DNA from: a virus
IMG/VR virus record: IMGVR_UViG_3300032087_002150
Coordinates: 87,661 to 151,660 of that record
DNA length: 64,000 nt
Reading direction: 5' to 3' (one strand)
The notes under the pieces were generated by a model. It was not told where the DNA came from. It saw only the letters and a list, made by a program, of their open reading frames with translations, and did not search any database. This document shows positions 47,660 to 57,108 of this stretch, in pieces; positions within the stretch are counted from its first letter, which is position 1; every line of letters begins with the position of its first letter. Position numbers and translations under genes: made by a program.

Positions 47660-50044
47660 TCAGTCGGTTATTTCTATAAGGTCTGCGCCTGACAACAATT
47701 GTCTGTTGAAGTATGTACAAACTTTCATCTCAAAAGTTGCCTTAAAGTCTTTTTCGATTTTAGGCATCACCACTATTAGTTGTTGAGTAAGAACATTATC
47801 TGGTCGAGTATAATCATAATCCAAACTTAACTGGTCGTAGAAGAACAAGTCTCGAATATGCAAAGAAAGTTCAAAGGTCGCGCTATAGTCGATCTTTCCG
47901 CGAGAGTTATAAAGAGTGTACGCGCATGCGCGACCCTCATACTTCAACTCATTAATATATGGTGCGCCTTGTACAATAGATTTTTGACAACTACCGCCAT
48001 CTTCTTTCCGATATGGTTCTCTCCAGTATCGCTTGATAGCAGGTTCACTAGAGGAACCGTCGTACTTTCTACGGATACCGTTCGCTGGGTTGTAATATCC
48101 TTCCGTAACCTGTAATCTGAAGTTGCTAAACTCTTTCAGAGAAGAAACACCTTCCATCAACCATGCATGCAGATAAAACTGTCGCGCGAGGTCTTGTCGA
48201 TCTTTAACGATAGGAACAAAGTCCAAAGAAGTTTTAGATCCTGGGGCACCAAAGAACTTAGACATGGTGCTAGACTTAGACAATCTGGTTTTACTTGTGA
48301 TCGGCGCATCCATTTTATCAGGGTTGTAGAGAGGATCTGCCAAAATAGTTCTAGTTGCCGCCTGTTTATTTTTAGGCAAGAATGTTTTGGACGCACGCTC
48401 TACTGGGTTACCAAGAAGCGAATATCCAAACCTTGCTGTTGGGATACTTGTACCAGTTCTCTTAATCTCGTATGGAGCAGATGGACCAGGATCTTTGTAT
48501 TTTGCGCTTAACCTGTTTTCGTCTAGCAATGATTGTATACACTTTGGTCCATCAGTTTGACCTTCTGGAGAAGTTGCCGTATCGTTAGCACCGTCCATCG
48601 TTCGCAACTTGGAGCGAATCTCTGGCGTTTCTGGTGTCCAGTTGAAGTAATAAGTGTATGTGTCGTTCTTCGCAATCTTATCTTCAATGGTATCGTCGTG
48701 GTCGATAACAACCTTACGAACAGCATATGGGGAAGTCTTGTTCCATACTTCCCACCACTTAGTCGGGTTTCCGTAATACTGGTACAAAGGTTCGTGCCCT
48801 AATATATTCTCTGAGTGCTCCGAACTCATGGCAAGTCCTTGGTTTAATCCTCCTGGCAATCCTGGGATAATCCACCAATCTGGGTCGTCATTGAGCACAC
48901 TACCATCAAATCGCATGGATTGCAGAACTACATGGTTATCCTTCGCGTTCCAACCCCACTCAAATTGATAATCTGGTTTTACGCTCATCGGCGATGGAGT
49001 AAACGTACCAGGAACTCCTCCGACACTACTTGCTACCAATGCGCCACTCGCAGCAAAGGCAGAGTGGGCATGCTCGGAAAACTTGGAGTATTTCGCAGTC
49101 CATGCTTCAAGGGCACGACCTACAAGGTTGCCATGAAATACTGTATTCTTGCCTTGTGTATCATCACCGCCACCAGTGAACAAAGATCCAAAGAAGTGAA
49201 ACTCCTCACCTCCAATCTTACCCTTTCTTCCGATAATATGCATACGATCAGATGAGAATGTAGTAAACCCGCCACAAGCAGTTGTGAGATGTTTTTCTGC
49301 TGTCATACGAATACCGCGACGAGCGTTCGGAATAATATCTTTATTCGACAGGATTCGATAATCGCCTTTTGTGATTACCTTATGCTCACTCGCAGTAAAA
49401 TCTACGACGTCACCCCAGACCTTTGTATCTTTATTACCACGAACAATGGTTTGATGCGTGTCACCAGTTTCAGTAATATAAGAACCATGAATCGAGTGAT
49501 TGTGATTCGCCCCAATATCTACGTTCATTGTACCACCAACAGTCAGATTATAGTTTCCGTTGACTGTTAGATTCATGTCCCCGTCGTATGTTATGTTGCC
49601 TTCACCCTGCACAATCAGTTCGTGATCTGCACCAACCACTTGAACCTGATGCGTACGCGAAGCGATAAGAACTGAACCGTCTTGCTTTAGTTCTACGCCT
49701 GCGCCAGTGTGATGTTTGATCAGGATCCGCTGATTCCCAGGAGTATCATCTATCTCAAACGAATGACCTGATGGTGTTACGTTTGCTTGGTTAAATGGGA
49801 ATATAGAAGTTGTGCCGATCGGGACATCAAAACTGACGCCCATAGTGCTTCCGCGCATCCAAAGATCATTGACCTTGACGCCGCGACCAGCAGCACTTAC
49901 GTTAGAAGAAAACCAGGTGTACCGTAAAGGATACTCACCTGTTGGATCCACTGATCCATCTAGCGGTATGCCTGTTGTTAACTCCTCGCTTTCTGCATTA
50001 GGGTCATTAATTCTGTCTGTAACTTTATTAGAACCAGTGGTCAT
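47660..50044 (-). CDS. gp5 C-terminal part: beta-helix spike plus degenerate peptidase-M15-like domain
   Basis: TPSGHSFEIDDTPGNQRI, HHTGA, and VxG repeats of the gp5/VgrG beta-helix. Confidence 0.8.
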   Translation of the reverse strand: MTTGSNKVTDRINDPNAESEELTTGIPLDGSVDPTGEYPLRYTWFSSNVSAAGRGVKVNDLWMRGSTMGVSFDVPIGTTSIFPFNQANVTPSGHSFEIDDTPGNQRILIKHHTGAGVELKQDGSVLIASRTHQVQVVGADHELIVQGEGNITYDGDMNLTVNGNYNLTVGGTMNVDIGANHNHSIHGSYITETGDTHQTIVRGNKDTKVWGDVVDFTASEHKVITKGDYRILSNKDIIPNARRGIRMTAEKHLTTACGGFTTFSSDRMHIIGRKGKIGGEEFHFFGSLFTGGGDDTQGKNTVFHGNLVGRALEAWTAKYSKFSEHAHSAFAASGALVASSVGGVPGTFTPSPMSVKPDYQFEWGWNAKDNHVVLQSMRFDGSVLNDDPDWWIIPGLPGGLNQGLAMSSEHSENILGHEPLYQYYGNPTKWWEVWNKTSPYAVRKVVIDHDDTIEDKIAKNDTYTYYFNWTPETPEIRSKLRTMDGANDTATSPEGQTDGPKCIQSLLDENRLSAKYKDPGPSAPYEIKRTGTSIPTARFGYSLLGNPVERASKTFLPKNKQAATRTILADPLYNPDKMDAPITSKTRLSKSSTMSKFFGAPGSKTSLDFVPIVKDRQDLARQFYLHAWLMEGVSSLKEFSNFRLQVTEGYYNPANGIRRKYDGSSSEPAIKRYWREPYRKEDGGSCQKSIVQGAPYINELKYEGRACAYTLYNSRGKIDYSATFELSLHIRDLFFYDQLSLDYDYTRPDNVLTQQLIVVMPKIEKDFKATFEMKVCTYFNRQLLSGADLIEITD

Positions 50045-51522
50045 TAGAATTTCTTCTCCATAGCGTCAGGGTCTTTGGTTAATATATCTGGACCTTGACC
50101 TTCAAGTGCCTTCAAGATGTCCTGAGGAGACAGTGCAGGATCGTTTGGAGGATCCATATACAAACTCTGCTTATTAAAATTGTTGTACACATAGTCGCGC
50201 ACATCAAACCCAGGATCGTTTTGGGACACGTCTACATCCATATGACCCAATGCCTGCCCACCAGGATATTGGTCAAAGAACGTTCTAAAAATTTGATACA
50301 AACTATTATATTGAGACTGTGTAATGCTTCTCGGCGAAACTTCTATTTCCATATCCCTCGAATCTGAAGGTACATTAACACCGCCAACTAAGCACACACC
50401 AATCGAGTATGCATTATGGTTATTAACTGGGCAATGATTTCCTACGCTGTTTAGAGGAACACCTCTTTCAACTGCTCCATCTCTACGGATAATTAAGTGA
50501 TATGCATTATCGCCTGCTCCAGTTAATTTAGTCAACTGCGCAGCGGTAAGATTAGCGTTCGTAAAAGTTTCAGACCAATGCACGATTATCTCGGAAATAT
50601 CGCGAGTCATACTCGCCATCTCCGCTTCAAGTTCTTCTATAGAAGAAATGTAGGTGCTACCTGCCTGAATATTACTCCCACCTATTTCATAACTAGGAGG
50701 TCCGACAATATCAAGTTCTTGCTCTTCTGTTAATCCTATGATAGTTGGAGCAACATCACCAACGGTATCGGTATACTCTTTACTTGAGTTTGGTCCACCA
50801 TTTATCCCTTGTATCGCGTTACCAGCAAGTTCTTTTGCATTTTCTACTGATAGTTCGGAAGTGTCAATTATTCCCGCAGCATCACCCGCTGCTTTTATAG
50901 ATTCTTTTACTTGTTTTGAAGTTTTTGGTCCAATAACGTCATCAACTGAAATCAAATCTTGTTGAGATAAAATTTTGTTTACAACTATTGTTTTAGCATC
51001 GTTTATTGTAGCAGGTGCACCTGTATCCGATGTTATCCCTGCTTGTAGCAAGGCATCATTAATTAGTGCCATGCTGTCGTTTACTATATTGTTCGCAGCA
51101 TTCTGCGCAAATCCTGGCAATCCAAGTTTCAAAACTTCTTGGTCAACCGCGCCAGCAATTTGCTGTAACTTCTTCTCGTATCTAGTTGTTATGGTTGCTA
51201 GTTGATTTTCAATATTAACCGAAGGTGCCTTTTTTGTCAGCACTCCAGCGATATCTGTCGACCGAAGAACATTTGCCAAAGTTTCAACACTCATTCCTGG
51301 TGTTGATCCGACCATCAACTCCGCGACCTGCTCGTATAATCCTGGCGTTGGATTTCCGTTATTTTCTCTGAGAGTTGTAGCAACCAGAGTGTCGATTTCT
51401 TCTTTAGTGCTGTCTGGCAATGTTCCTCCTGTCAGAGAATCAAACGCCGCAGCGGTTCCATTCGCCGAGACAACTGACTGTGCGATGAGAGTATTAAAGG
51501 CACTTTGTGTTCCAATCGCCAT
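50044..51522 (-). CDS. baseplate-associated N-acetylmuramoyl-L-alanine amidase (Amidase_2 domain at C-terminus)
   Basis: IIVHWSET, AYHLIIRRDGAVERG, GNH, NAYSIGVCLVGG, GHMDV...DPGFDV (T7 lysozyme/AmpD pattern). Confidence 0.85.
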   Translation of the reverse strand: MAIGTQSAFNTLIAQSVVSANGTAAAFDSLTGGTLPDSTKEEIDTLVATTLRENNGNPTPGLYEQVAELMVGSTPGMSVETLANVLRSTDIAGVLTKKAPSVNIENQLATITTRYEKKLQQIAGAVDQEVLKLGLPGFAQNAANNIVNDSMALINDALLQAGITSDTGAPATINDAKTIVVNKILSQQDLISVDDVIGPKTSKQVKESIKAAGDAAGIIDTSELSVENAKELAGNAIQGINGGPNSSKEYTDTVGDVAPTIIGLTEEQELDIVGPPSYEIGGSNIQAGSTYISSIEELEAEMASMTRDISEIIVHWSETFTNANLTAAQLTKLTGAGDNAYHLIIRRDGAVERGVPLNSVGNHCPVNNHNAYSIGVCLVGGVNVPSDSRDMEIEVSPRSITQSQYNSLYQIFRTFFDQYPGGQALGHMDVDVSQNDPGFDVRDYVYNNFNKQSLYMDPPNDPALSPQDILKALEGQGPDILTKDPDAMEKKF

Positions 51523-51528
51523 ATTACA

Positions 51529-52578
51529 TTATCCCTTATTTTTCGGAGGAACTTCGTCGACTGGTGAAATAAAGTTCACGATACCGTCAATCTTATCCTT
51601 CACGAACTTCAATCCTTCTAAAGGTGCATAGGTGCCGACATCTTCCGCAAGTGCTGGCAAACTGCCATCATACATACCGTTTGATTTTTCTTTGATGACT
51701 TCTTCAAGCATAGTCTTCACGCTCAGAGCAGTTGCGCCATTCACCACTCGCCATGGATAGTTGTTTCTTTCATTATCCAAGTGATATACGATATCATCGT
51801 TATCACCATCCGCGGCATCGCCTTGTTGCTCGCGAACTTGGTCGCCGCCAATCGTATAGGTGATTGTACCATAGAACCAAGCGACCTGATCACTGTAAAG
51901 AGGAACAGTGCCTCCTGGTTCTTTAAAAGTTCCGCAGACTATTTGAGCAGGAACTGCTACATCTTGCTTCCAAACATATCCAAGGTCCCAATCTTGATCT
52001 CCCCAACCCGAAGCGAGAGATCCAGTGCTCGGTTTAGTTAATGGAGTTCTTCCTGGCAGTCTAACATCGTCATCACCAAACTCTGGTTCATACCAAAATT
52101 GTGGGATGTAAACTGGCAAAGATCCTGGTGTGAGTCCACCATTACCAACTTGTTGATACAAATACTTTTGAGTTCCCGAATAGTTTACTTGGTGAAACTC
52201 ATCGTTGTACATGTGATCACCTGGCTTACCACCCTGCTCTTTCCAGTATTCAGGCAACTCCATTTCGCCGTGTACATACAACATACCTGTGCCATATGTA
52301 AGGTGATCTATGTCGGGAACTTCTTCGGTCAACGAGACCCAACCATCTGCTCTATCGTGATGGACTGGACGCATGTCATTGTAAGGGTGTTTACCGAACG
52401 AGTTTAGATTACCTGTCCTCTCGAAGTCTCGAACGCTGTATCGACCAATGTTTGATAAGTTTTCAATCAACCATTGCTTGATTCTTTCTGCGTGTGCTTT
52501 TTCAAGGTCACGAAGTCCAATCCTATCAAAAAAGTTTTTGATGTATTGATTAATTTCGCTTAAATTAATTCGTGCCAT
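51529..52578 (-). CDS. hypothetical protein inside the gp5 locus
   Basis: Tightly packed ORF with no motif I recognise. Confidence 0.6.
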   Translation of the reverse strand: MARINLSEINQYIKNFFDRIGLRDLEKAHAERIKQWLIENLSNIGRYSVRDFERTGNLNSFGKHPYNDMRPVHHDRADGWVSLTEEVPDIDHLTYGTGMLYVHGEMELPEYWKEQGGKPGDHMYNDEFHQVNYSGTQKYLYQQVGNGGLTPGSLPVYIPQFWYEPEFGDDDVRLPGRTPLTKPSTGSLASGWGDQDWDLGYVWKQDVAVPAQIVCGTFKEPGGTVPLYSDQVAWFYGTITYTIGGDQVREQQGDAADGDNDDIVYHLDNERNNYPWRVVNGATALSVKTMLEEVIKEKSNGMYDGSLPALAEDVGTYAPLEGLKFVKDKIDGIVNFISPVDEVPPKNKG

Positions 52579-53477
52579 TACCTTGCTCCAAGACCACCAT
52601 AAATTGCCTTCGCCTTACCTTCTGCTGATGATTTACTACAAGCAGTTTTAGGATCAACATAATACTTCACAAGTTGTGCGACCTGTCCATTACCTTTCTC
52701 TTCAATACCGTCAACCTTCGCGCCAAACAAGTTGCCTTCAATCTCGCGCGCACGAAGCAACTTGGACATCGCATTAGAACGAGCAGTTTTAAGTTCGTGA
52801 AGAACATAAAGCAACTGTCCTTCAAAGTCTGTTGAATCTCTAGCAGGTGCCAATCTGCGTATGTATGCGTAGAAACGATAGTATCTAGGCGTGTTGGGTT
52901 GCCATCCAGCAATGCCGATACCATTACTCACGTTGGTGGGATCAAGTCCACTAATTTCTTGTAGCACTCCAGTAATTGAAGATGCTTGTTTTGCATTAAA
53001 TCCATTGTCTATAAAATAACGAGCAACATCTCCTGCTGGTTTACTGCTAGTTGTTAATATTGGATCAATCGCCTCAGCATTAGATTGTTTAAATTCATAA
53101 CTGAATGGGTTGGTCGCCATATCCTCGCGTTTTGACGCCTGAACCGTAGTTGGAAATTCAATACGAGGTAAAGAACCAAGCACCAACGGTAATTGTGAAG
53201 TTGCGCCATCTAGGAAGAATCCAAATACTAAAGCACCAGGAAGTATCTGAGAACTTGTACCGAGACCAGAAACACCATAAGTATCTCCTGGGTTCATAAC
53301 CTGCGCCCAAGGCAAGTCTCTTTGTGGGATACCAGTTTTATCTGTTGTATCTGCGTGAAGACCGTGTATGCGAATCTGTACTCTACCTTCCAATCCATAT
53401 GGAGGAGTGTTGTCGATTACGTTAGCAACGAACCAACGAACATCGTCACCGTAGTATTCCTGATTAAATGTTCTCAC
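52578..53477 (-). CDS. gp5: gp5 N-terminal OB-fold plus degenerate phage tail lysozyme-like domain
   Basis: GRVQIRIHGLH, DLPWA, VFGFFLDG..QLPLVLG, followed by QASSITGVLQEISGLDP...GQLLYVLHEL. Confidence 0.8.
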   Translation of the reverse strand: MRTFNQEYYGDDVRWFVANVIDNTPPYGLEGRVQIRIHGLHADTTDKTGIPQRDLPWAQVMNPGDTYGVSGLGTSSQILPGALVFGFFLDGATSQLPLVLGSLPRIEFPTTVQASKREDMATNPFSYEFKQSNAEAIDPILTTSSKPAGDVARYFIDNGFNAKQASSITGVLQEISGLDPTNVSNGIGIAGWQPNTPRYYRFYAYIRRLAPARDSTDFEGQLLYVLHELKTARSNAMSKLLRAREIEGNLFGAKVDGIEEKGNGQVAQLVKYYVDPKTACSKSSAEGKAKAIYGGLGAR

Positions 53478-54859
53478 TTAGGAGTGCCTCCGTCATAATC
53501 GGCAACCTTTGTTACTGAGGCAACCACTTCGTGCTTTGTCGAATAGAACGCATTTCTAACTTTATGCACTAAGAAAGTACCTGATAAGTCTTTATTAAAT
53601 TCTTCGTCGCCAGCATCTTCTACGTTTGTGTTCTTGAAATTAATTTTAACAAGGTCGCCAACGGTAACACCAGAAGCACCTTCAGATAATGTTTGCCAAA
53701 AAGAGACACCAGGAAATTTTAAGTCCATCATATTTTTGTTAAACATGCTCTTTACTGCATAATGCCTTAACTTATTCAGTGCTTCTGACTCGTCGAATAC
53801 ATCGTGATAACTATTTCTATATCCATAAGTTCCATAAGAAGTTACGATGTTTATAAAACGCGAGTCAAACTGATCCATAGTTTTCGTTTCGTTCTCGATA
53901 GTCAATGTTTGTTTGTCATCGAAAACATTTTGTTCTCCCTCTGACATCATCCCATATGCTTTCATTTTCTCCAGCAACTTAGTGATGTCGTATCTTCTAG
54001 TAAACCTTTGACTGCTGAACACATCATAAGAACTTAGATTGGCACCGAGAGCACCTTCTTGTATCATTTTTAACGTATCTTGTATGTTTTCCATTAGCAA
54101 GTCTTTTACTTGGAATTTCTGCTTATCCAAGGAACCGCCACCAGTTTCCGAAGCTCGACTTTGTGAATACAGTAGAGGTTGATCGGCGTTCCAAACCTCT
54201 TTATTAAACATATATTCAATGTTACCAAATCGCATCACATCTTTACCATCATTTAATTGCTGATCGTACAATGTACAGTATGCGTAAAAGGGTGCCCCAA
54301 TACTCGTAGTTGCCCTGTCGATTAACCAATCAACAGTTTCTAGAGGTGTAATGTATGGTATGACTACTGTAACTGGTTCTTGTCGACTAGGTTCGCCGCC
54401 CATATAGTTTCTATCTGTACGAACATCAAGGTGATTCTTCAGAACTGCTTCAGAAATATCTTCTAGTTTACCACTGTATGATCTAGATATCTTAATCGCT
54501 TGATCGCGATAGGCATGCGGTGATATTAAATTTAAATGATAGATTTCCGAACGCTCGCCAACTTTAACAATTTGAACTATTGAAACCACATTGAACTTAT
54601 ACTTGACTTCAATTCCCTCTAATTCAGGGATTTCAATCGTCATAGTAAGTTCTTCAGTGCCTTTTATTTTTATTTCATCAAAAACGCCAGCGTCATCTAA
54701 AATTGCAATTTGACCGGTGATGTAAGGTTTTTCAAGATCTTCGAAAAAGTTTACCTCAACAACCATTTGCTTTAATTCATAATCTTCGCCTAATCTTTCT
54801 GCGGACAACAATGCCCCAGTGATTTTATATTCTTGCTTTACATTTTGCGGTGCTGGCAT
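53474..54859 (-). CDS. baseplate hub protein (gp27-like)
   Basis: FEDLEKPYITG, KISRSYSG, LSGTFLVHKVR, upstream of gp5. Confidence 0.75.
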   Translation of the reverse strand: MPAPQNVKQEYKITGALLSAERLGEDYELKQMVVEVNFFEDLEKPYITGQIAILDDAGVFDEIKIKGTEELTMTIEIPELEGIEVKYKFNVVSIVQIVKVGERSEIYHLNLISPHAYRDQAIKISRSYSGKLEDISEAVLKNHLDVRTDRNYMGGEPSRQEPVTVVIPYITPLETVDWLIDRATTSIGAPFYAYCTLYDQQLNDGKDVMRFGNIEYMFNKEVWNADQPLLYSQSRASETGGGSLDKQKFQVKDLLMENIQDTLKMIQEGALGANLSSYDVFSSQRFTRRYDITKLLEKMKAYGMMSEGEQNVFDDKQTLTIENETKTMDQFDSRFINIVTSYGTYGYRNSYHDVFDESEALNKLRHYAVKSMFNKNMMDLKFPGVSFWQTLSEGASGVTVGDLVKINFKNTNVEDAGDEEFNKDLSGTFLVHKVRNAFYSTKHEVVASVTKVADYDGGTPK

Positions 54860-54861
54860 GA

Positions 54862-55803
54862 TTATCTTCTACTACCAGTCAGGAGAGAGTTGTACTCTGA
54901 GACAACTTGACTGATGACGTCCCGTTTCAATACCTTTATTGATCGTTGCTCATCGTTCACTTCGCGCAAACGTTGAAAATTTGAAACTGATTGTTGAGTG
55001 GTAACACTAGTCCAGTCATAAGCATGAGGAGAAGTAGGAGCATAGGTTGGTTTTATCCATTTGCCTTCAGCATCCTCATAGTGATGTGGCGCATCATACT
55101 GTTTATATGCCTGTATTATTCTCATTACTTCAAATTGTTTATCTGAAGGAGGAACGTGATCTTGCCCTTCTTGTCCAGCAACATTCTGATTGTTCATAAT
55201 TAACTTAGCAGAGAACTCTGATGTGGTGATCAAGTTGGAAGTCAATATACCAGTTTGTCCAAGGTCTAAGTTGGGGTTAGTATTAACTGTTGTAGTAGCA
55301 GCAACGTTTATTGCACTTCCTATATTAAAGTCTAATGTTATCTGACCAAGATCATAATCAATTTTTATGATTTGCCCTGCGAGTTTATTTTCCCTCAACC
55401 AGACATAACTACCAAGTTTAAAAGTCGGAGAAGAAGATAGTGGTTTGTATACACCCAAAGAGTTGCTCAACGCTTCGCCAGAAACTCTAAAAGTAAAATG
55501 CGGATAATATTGTTGCGCGCGAAGATACAGTTGAGAGTTGTCTATCGGCCATCCTTGCTCTTTCAACTTATCGTTTAACAACCAGAAAGTCCAGTAGTAA
55601 TCAGTCGTGCCATAAATCTTATATGAAACGTGATCTGGTCTTTCCCCATTTTGAATTTGATAGTTCTGATAAAATGTACCATACTCTTTAACTTGATCAA
55701 GAGCATCAATGTATACAGTTAAATTTTGAAAGTTTACCTTACTTTCTTCGTTACCAAATTTATATTCCACCAAGGGGAATTGTCTGAAGTAGTTTGTAGT
55801 CAT
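54862..55803 (-). CDS. gp53: baseplate wedge subunit
   Basis: YFRQFP, GERPDHVSYKIYG..YYWTF, NDEQRSIKVL. Confidence 0.92.
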   Translation of the reverse strand: MTTNYFRQFPLVEYKFGNEESKVNFQNLTVYIDALDQVKEYGTFYQNYQIQNGERPDHVSYKIYGTTDYYWTFWLLNDKLKEQGWPIDNSQLYLRAQQYYPHFTFRVSGEALSNSLGVYKPLSSSPTFKLGSYVWLRENKLAGQIIKIDYDLGQITLDFNIGSAINVAATTTVNTNPNLDLGQTGILTSNLITTSEFSAKLIMNNQNVAGQEGQDHVPPSDKQFEVMRIIQAYKQYDAPHHYEDAEGKWIKPTYAPTSPHAYDWTSVTTQQSVSNFQRLREVNDEQRSIKVLKRDVISQVVSEYNSLLTGSRR

Positions 55804-55806
55804 TTA

Positions 55807-56550
55807 TCAGTACCCCGCCAGAACATCTTCTTGAGAGATAGTTCTGGATTCAGTGAATGTTAAGTTTAAGTCTGTTTCAGCAAAGGTGCCAGTACCGCCT
55901 CCTTCCTGAAGCATAGTTTGTCCAGTCGGGTTATATGAAACCTGAAGTGCTTCTAGATAAGCAGGAACTGTTTTAGGGGCATTTTCAATTCTTTCCCCCT
56001 CGTAAAACATTTCAATTTCATATCTGTTCGGAAATCTGTAACCCAAAGAAGTTCCTTCATTTCCTCCTGCGAGCAAGGTGGGATACATTTGCGTACGAAA
56101 CTCTTTAATAATATCTTTGATGTTGTTTGCTTCTTGCTGCGAAGTCGGTATCAACTTAAAGTTGTATTGAAAAGATCTAAGACTAACCTGTTTGAACAGC
56201 GCACGTGTATTTGGGTTTGGTGATGTTTTGTTTCTTAATTGTGCCGCTACTCCTGTTCCACCAGGACCCATTCTTCTAGCAAGTTCAGCAACGGCAACAT
56301 TACCACTTTGCTTTAGAGTTTCTAGATAACCTTGTTCTTCTACTGCATTACCATCAGCTGATGCTGAAAAAGCAGCAGCGCCTGCTGCTCCCAGTCCCAT
56401 ATTTTCATATTCCATTTTATCAGCAAATAAAACTCCTGCTGGCAAATATAATTCTATGGTCTCGCCTGCTGGTCCATCGGTTTCGTCTACTGGGGTGAAC
56501 CGAACCAAACCAGGATATCCGCGATCTGCTACTGGAAATTTGTACGCCAT
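55807..56550 (-). CDS. gp48: baseplate tail tube cap
   Basis: LYLP, NPNTRALF..LRSFQYNFKL.P.S..EA, LTFTE. Confidence 0.85.
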   Translation of the reverse strand: MAYKFPVADRGYPGLVRFTPVDETDGPAGETIELYLPAGVLFADKMEYENMGLGAAGAAAFSASADGNAVEEQGYLETLKQSGNVAVAELARRMGPGGTGVAAQLRNKTSPNPNTRALFKQVSLRSFQYNFKLIPTSQQEANNIKDIIKEFRTQMYPTLLAGGNEGTSLGYRFPNRYEIEMFYEGERIENAPKTVPAYLEALQVSYNPTGQTMLQEGGGTGTFAETDLNLTFTESRTISQEDVLAGY

Positions 56551-56566
56551 GTAACCTTACTCTTTG

Positions 56567-56600
56567 CTAAATATGGTTGTTATTATTTCAGTTATTTATA
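56567..56600. promoter_or_regulatory. face-to-face late promoters: CTAAATA (+, gp4) and TATAAATA (-, gp48)
   Basis: Both motifs lie in the 54-bp divergent intergenic region. Confidence 0.65.
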
Positions 56601-56604
56601 TACA

Positions 56605-57108
56605 ATGCCAAGAACTTATAAAGGCAAATACACTGTAAAACATCGTAGCAAGTATAAGGGCAACCCCGAGGAGGTCGTGTACAGATCTCATTGGGAAAAA
56701 TCTGTTATGCAGTGGTTGGACAACAACTCAGAAGTTGCGCAGTGGAACAGCGAAGATTTTATCATCCCATACTATTACGATGTGGACAAGAAGTGGCATA
56801 AATACCACATGGACTTCTGGATTAAGTTTAAGAGTGGGAACGTATTACTTGTAGAAGTGAAACCAAAAAAGCAAACTCAACCGCCGAAGTCAAAGAATCC
56901 TCGCTCCAAACGCTCTCTCAACGAAGCATTCACCTACATCAAAAATCGTAACAAGTGGGAGGCAGCGCAACAGATCGCTTTGGATAATGGTTACAAGTTT
57001 GCGATATGGACTGAAGATGAGTTGACCAAAATGAAGATACTCAACAAAACTCCTGGCAAACTAAAGAAACTAAAACCTCTCGCTCCATTTAAGAAAAAGA
57101 AGAATTAG
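56605..57108 (+). CDS. gp4: head completion nuclease
   Basis: KYKGNP..VVYRSHWE, EVKPKKQT, KWEAA. It is divergent from gp48, as in marine T4-like phages. Confidence 0.92.
   Translation: MPRTYKGKYTVKHRSKYKGNPEEVVYRSHWEKSVMQWLDNNSEVAQWNSEDFIIPYYYDVDKKWHKYHMDFWIKFKSGNVLLVEVKPKKQTQPPKSKNPRSKRSLNEAFTYIKNRNKWEAAQQIALDNGYKFAIWTEDELTKMKILNKTPGKLKKLKPLAPFKKKKN

Noticed and set aside
56605-57108. TnsA-like nuclease on the opposite strand as a mobile element
   Set aside because: Sequence and position match the core T4 gp4 head completion gene. No transposon ends were seen.
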